Below the pieces are notes generated by a model, which was not told the DNA's origin, made no database searches, and was given only the letters and a program-made list of their open reading frames with translations. DNA of 64,000 bases, taken from an uncultured Gemmatimonadales bacterium. Lineage in GTDB: Bacteria > Gemmatimonadota > Gemmatimonadetes > Gemmatimonadales > GWC2-71-9. How positions within the stretch are numbered: the first letter of the stretch is position 1; each line of letters opens with the position of its first letter. Shown piece by piece: positions 63,804 through 64,000 of the stretch. Position numbers and translations under genes: made by a program. The DNA lies in NCBI GenBank assembly GCA_963825055.1, contig CAWGSK010000013.1:32001-96000 (forward strand), in the 5' to 3' direction.

Positions 63804-64000
63804 TCAGCCCCCCCGCGTATGCATCTCCCGGTGCGGGTCGGCGCGCAGCCCGTCGAGCTGGTAGAGGGCGCCACGGTCCGCGAGGGCGGCGCGCTCCTCG
63901 GCGCCGCGGTCGGTGCGGGCCGACCAGGTGCGGTGGATGAGTTCGGTGAGCTCGGCGTCGCTGGCGCCGGCGCGCAGCGGCTCGCGCAGGTCCACGCCGG
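63804..64000 (-). CDS. moaA: GTP 3',8-cyclase MoaA, C-terminal fragment
   Basis: DLREPLRAGASD and the C-terminal EMHTRGG motif; gene starts outside the window. Confidence 0.8.
   Translation of the reverse strand, partial: GVDLREPLRAGASDAELTELIHRTWSARTDRGAEERAALADRGALYQLDGLRADPHREMHTRGG

Overview
High-GC bacterial chromosomal window, mostly minus-strand. Gene content and order suggest Gemmatimonadota (inference). It is largely housekeeping: MoxR/Bat (VWA) operon, rluB-scpB-scpA, rpsT, pyrRBC, msrPQ, tRNA-Ser(GGA), yceD-rpmF-plsX-fabH-fabD-fabG-acpP-fabF, ndk, sucCD, carbamate kinase, a complete nuoA-N operon, dcd, sdhCAB, mdh, trmL and partial moaA. The standout accessory locus (52.2-56.0 kb, minus) is a lasso-peptide-type RiPP cluster: PqqD/RRE, a short asparagine-synthetase-like cyclase, a 48-aa precursor (predicted 13-aa core GAGLNVSDGAFGS), an HPr-kinase-like enzyme and a nucleotidyltransferase. 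It has no visible B2 leader peptidase or exporter. Other signals: a Rex-like operator at nuoA, a double palindrome upstream of a DUF5916 gene, several heptamer/octamer tandem-repeat patches, a tiny PEP-CTERM-like protein, and three frameshifts (rpsT, msrQ, nuoN) that are probably assembly indels. No CRISPR array, integrase or transposase was seen. All family calls come from motif recognition by eye; no searches were run.
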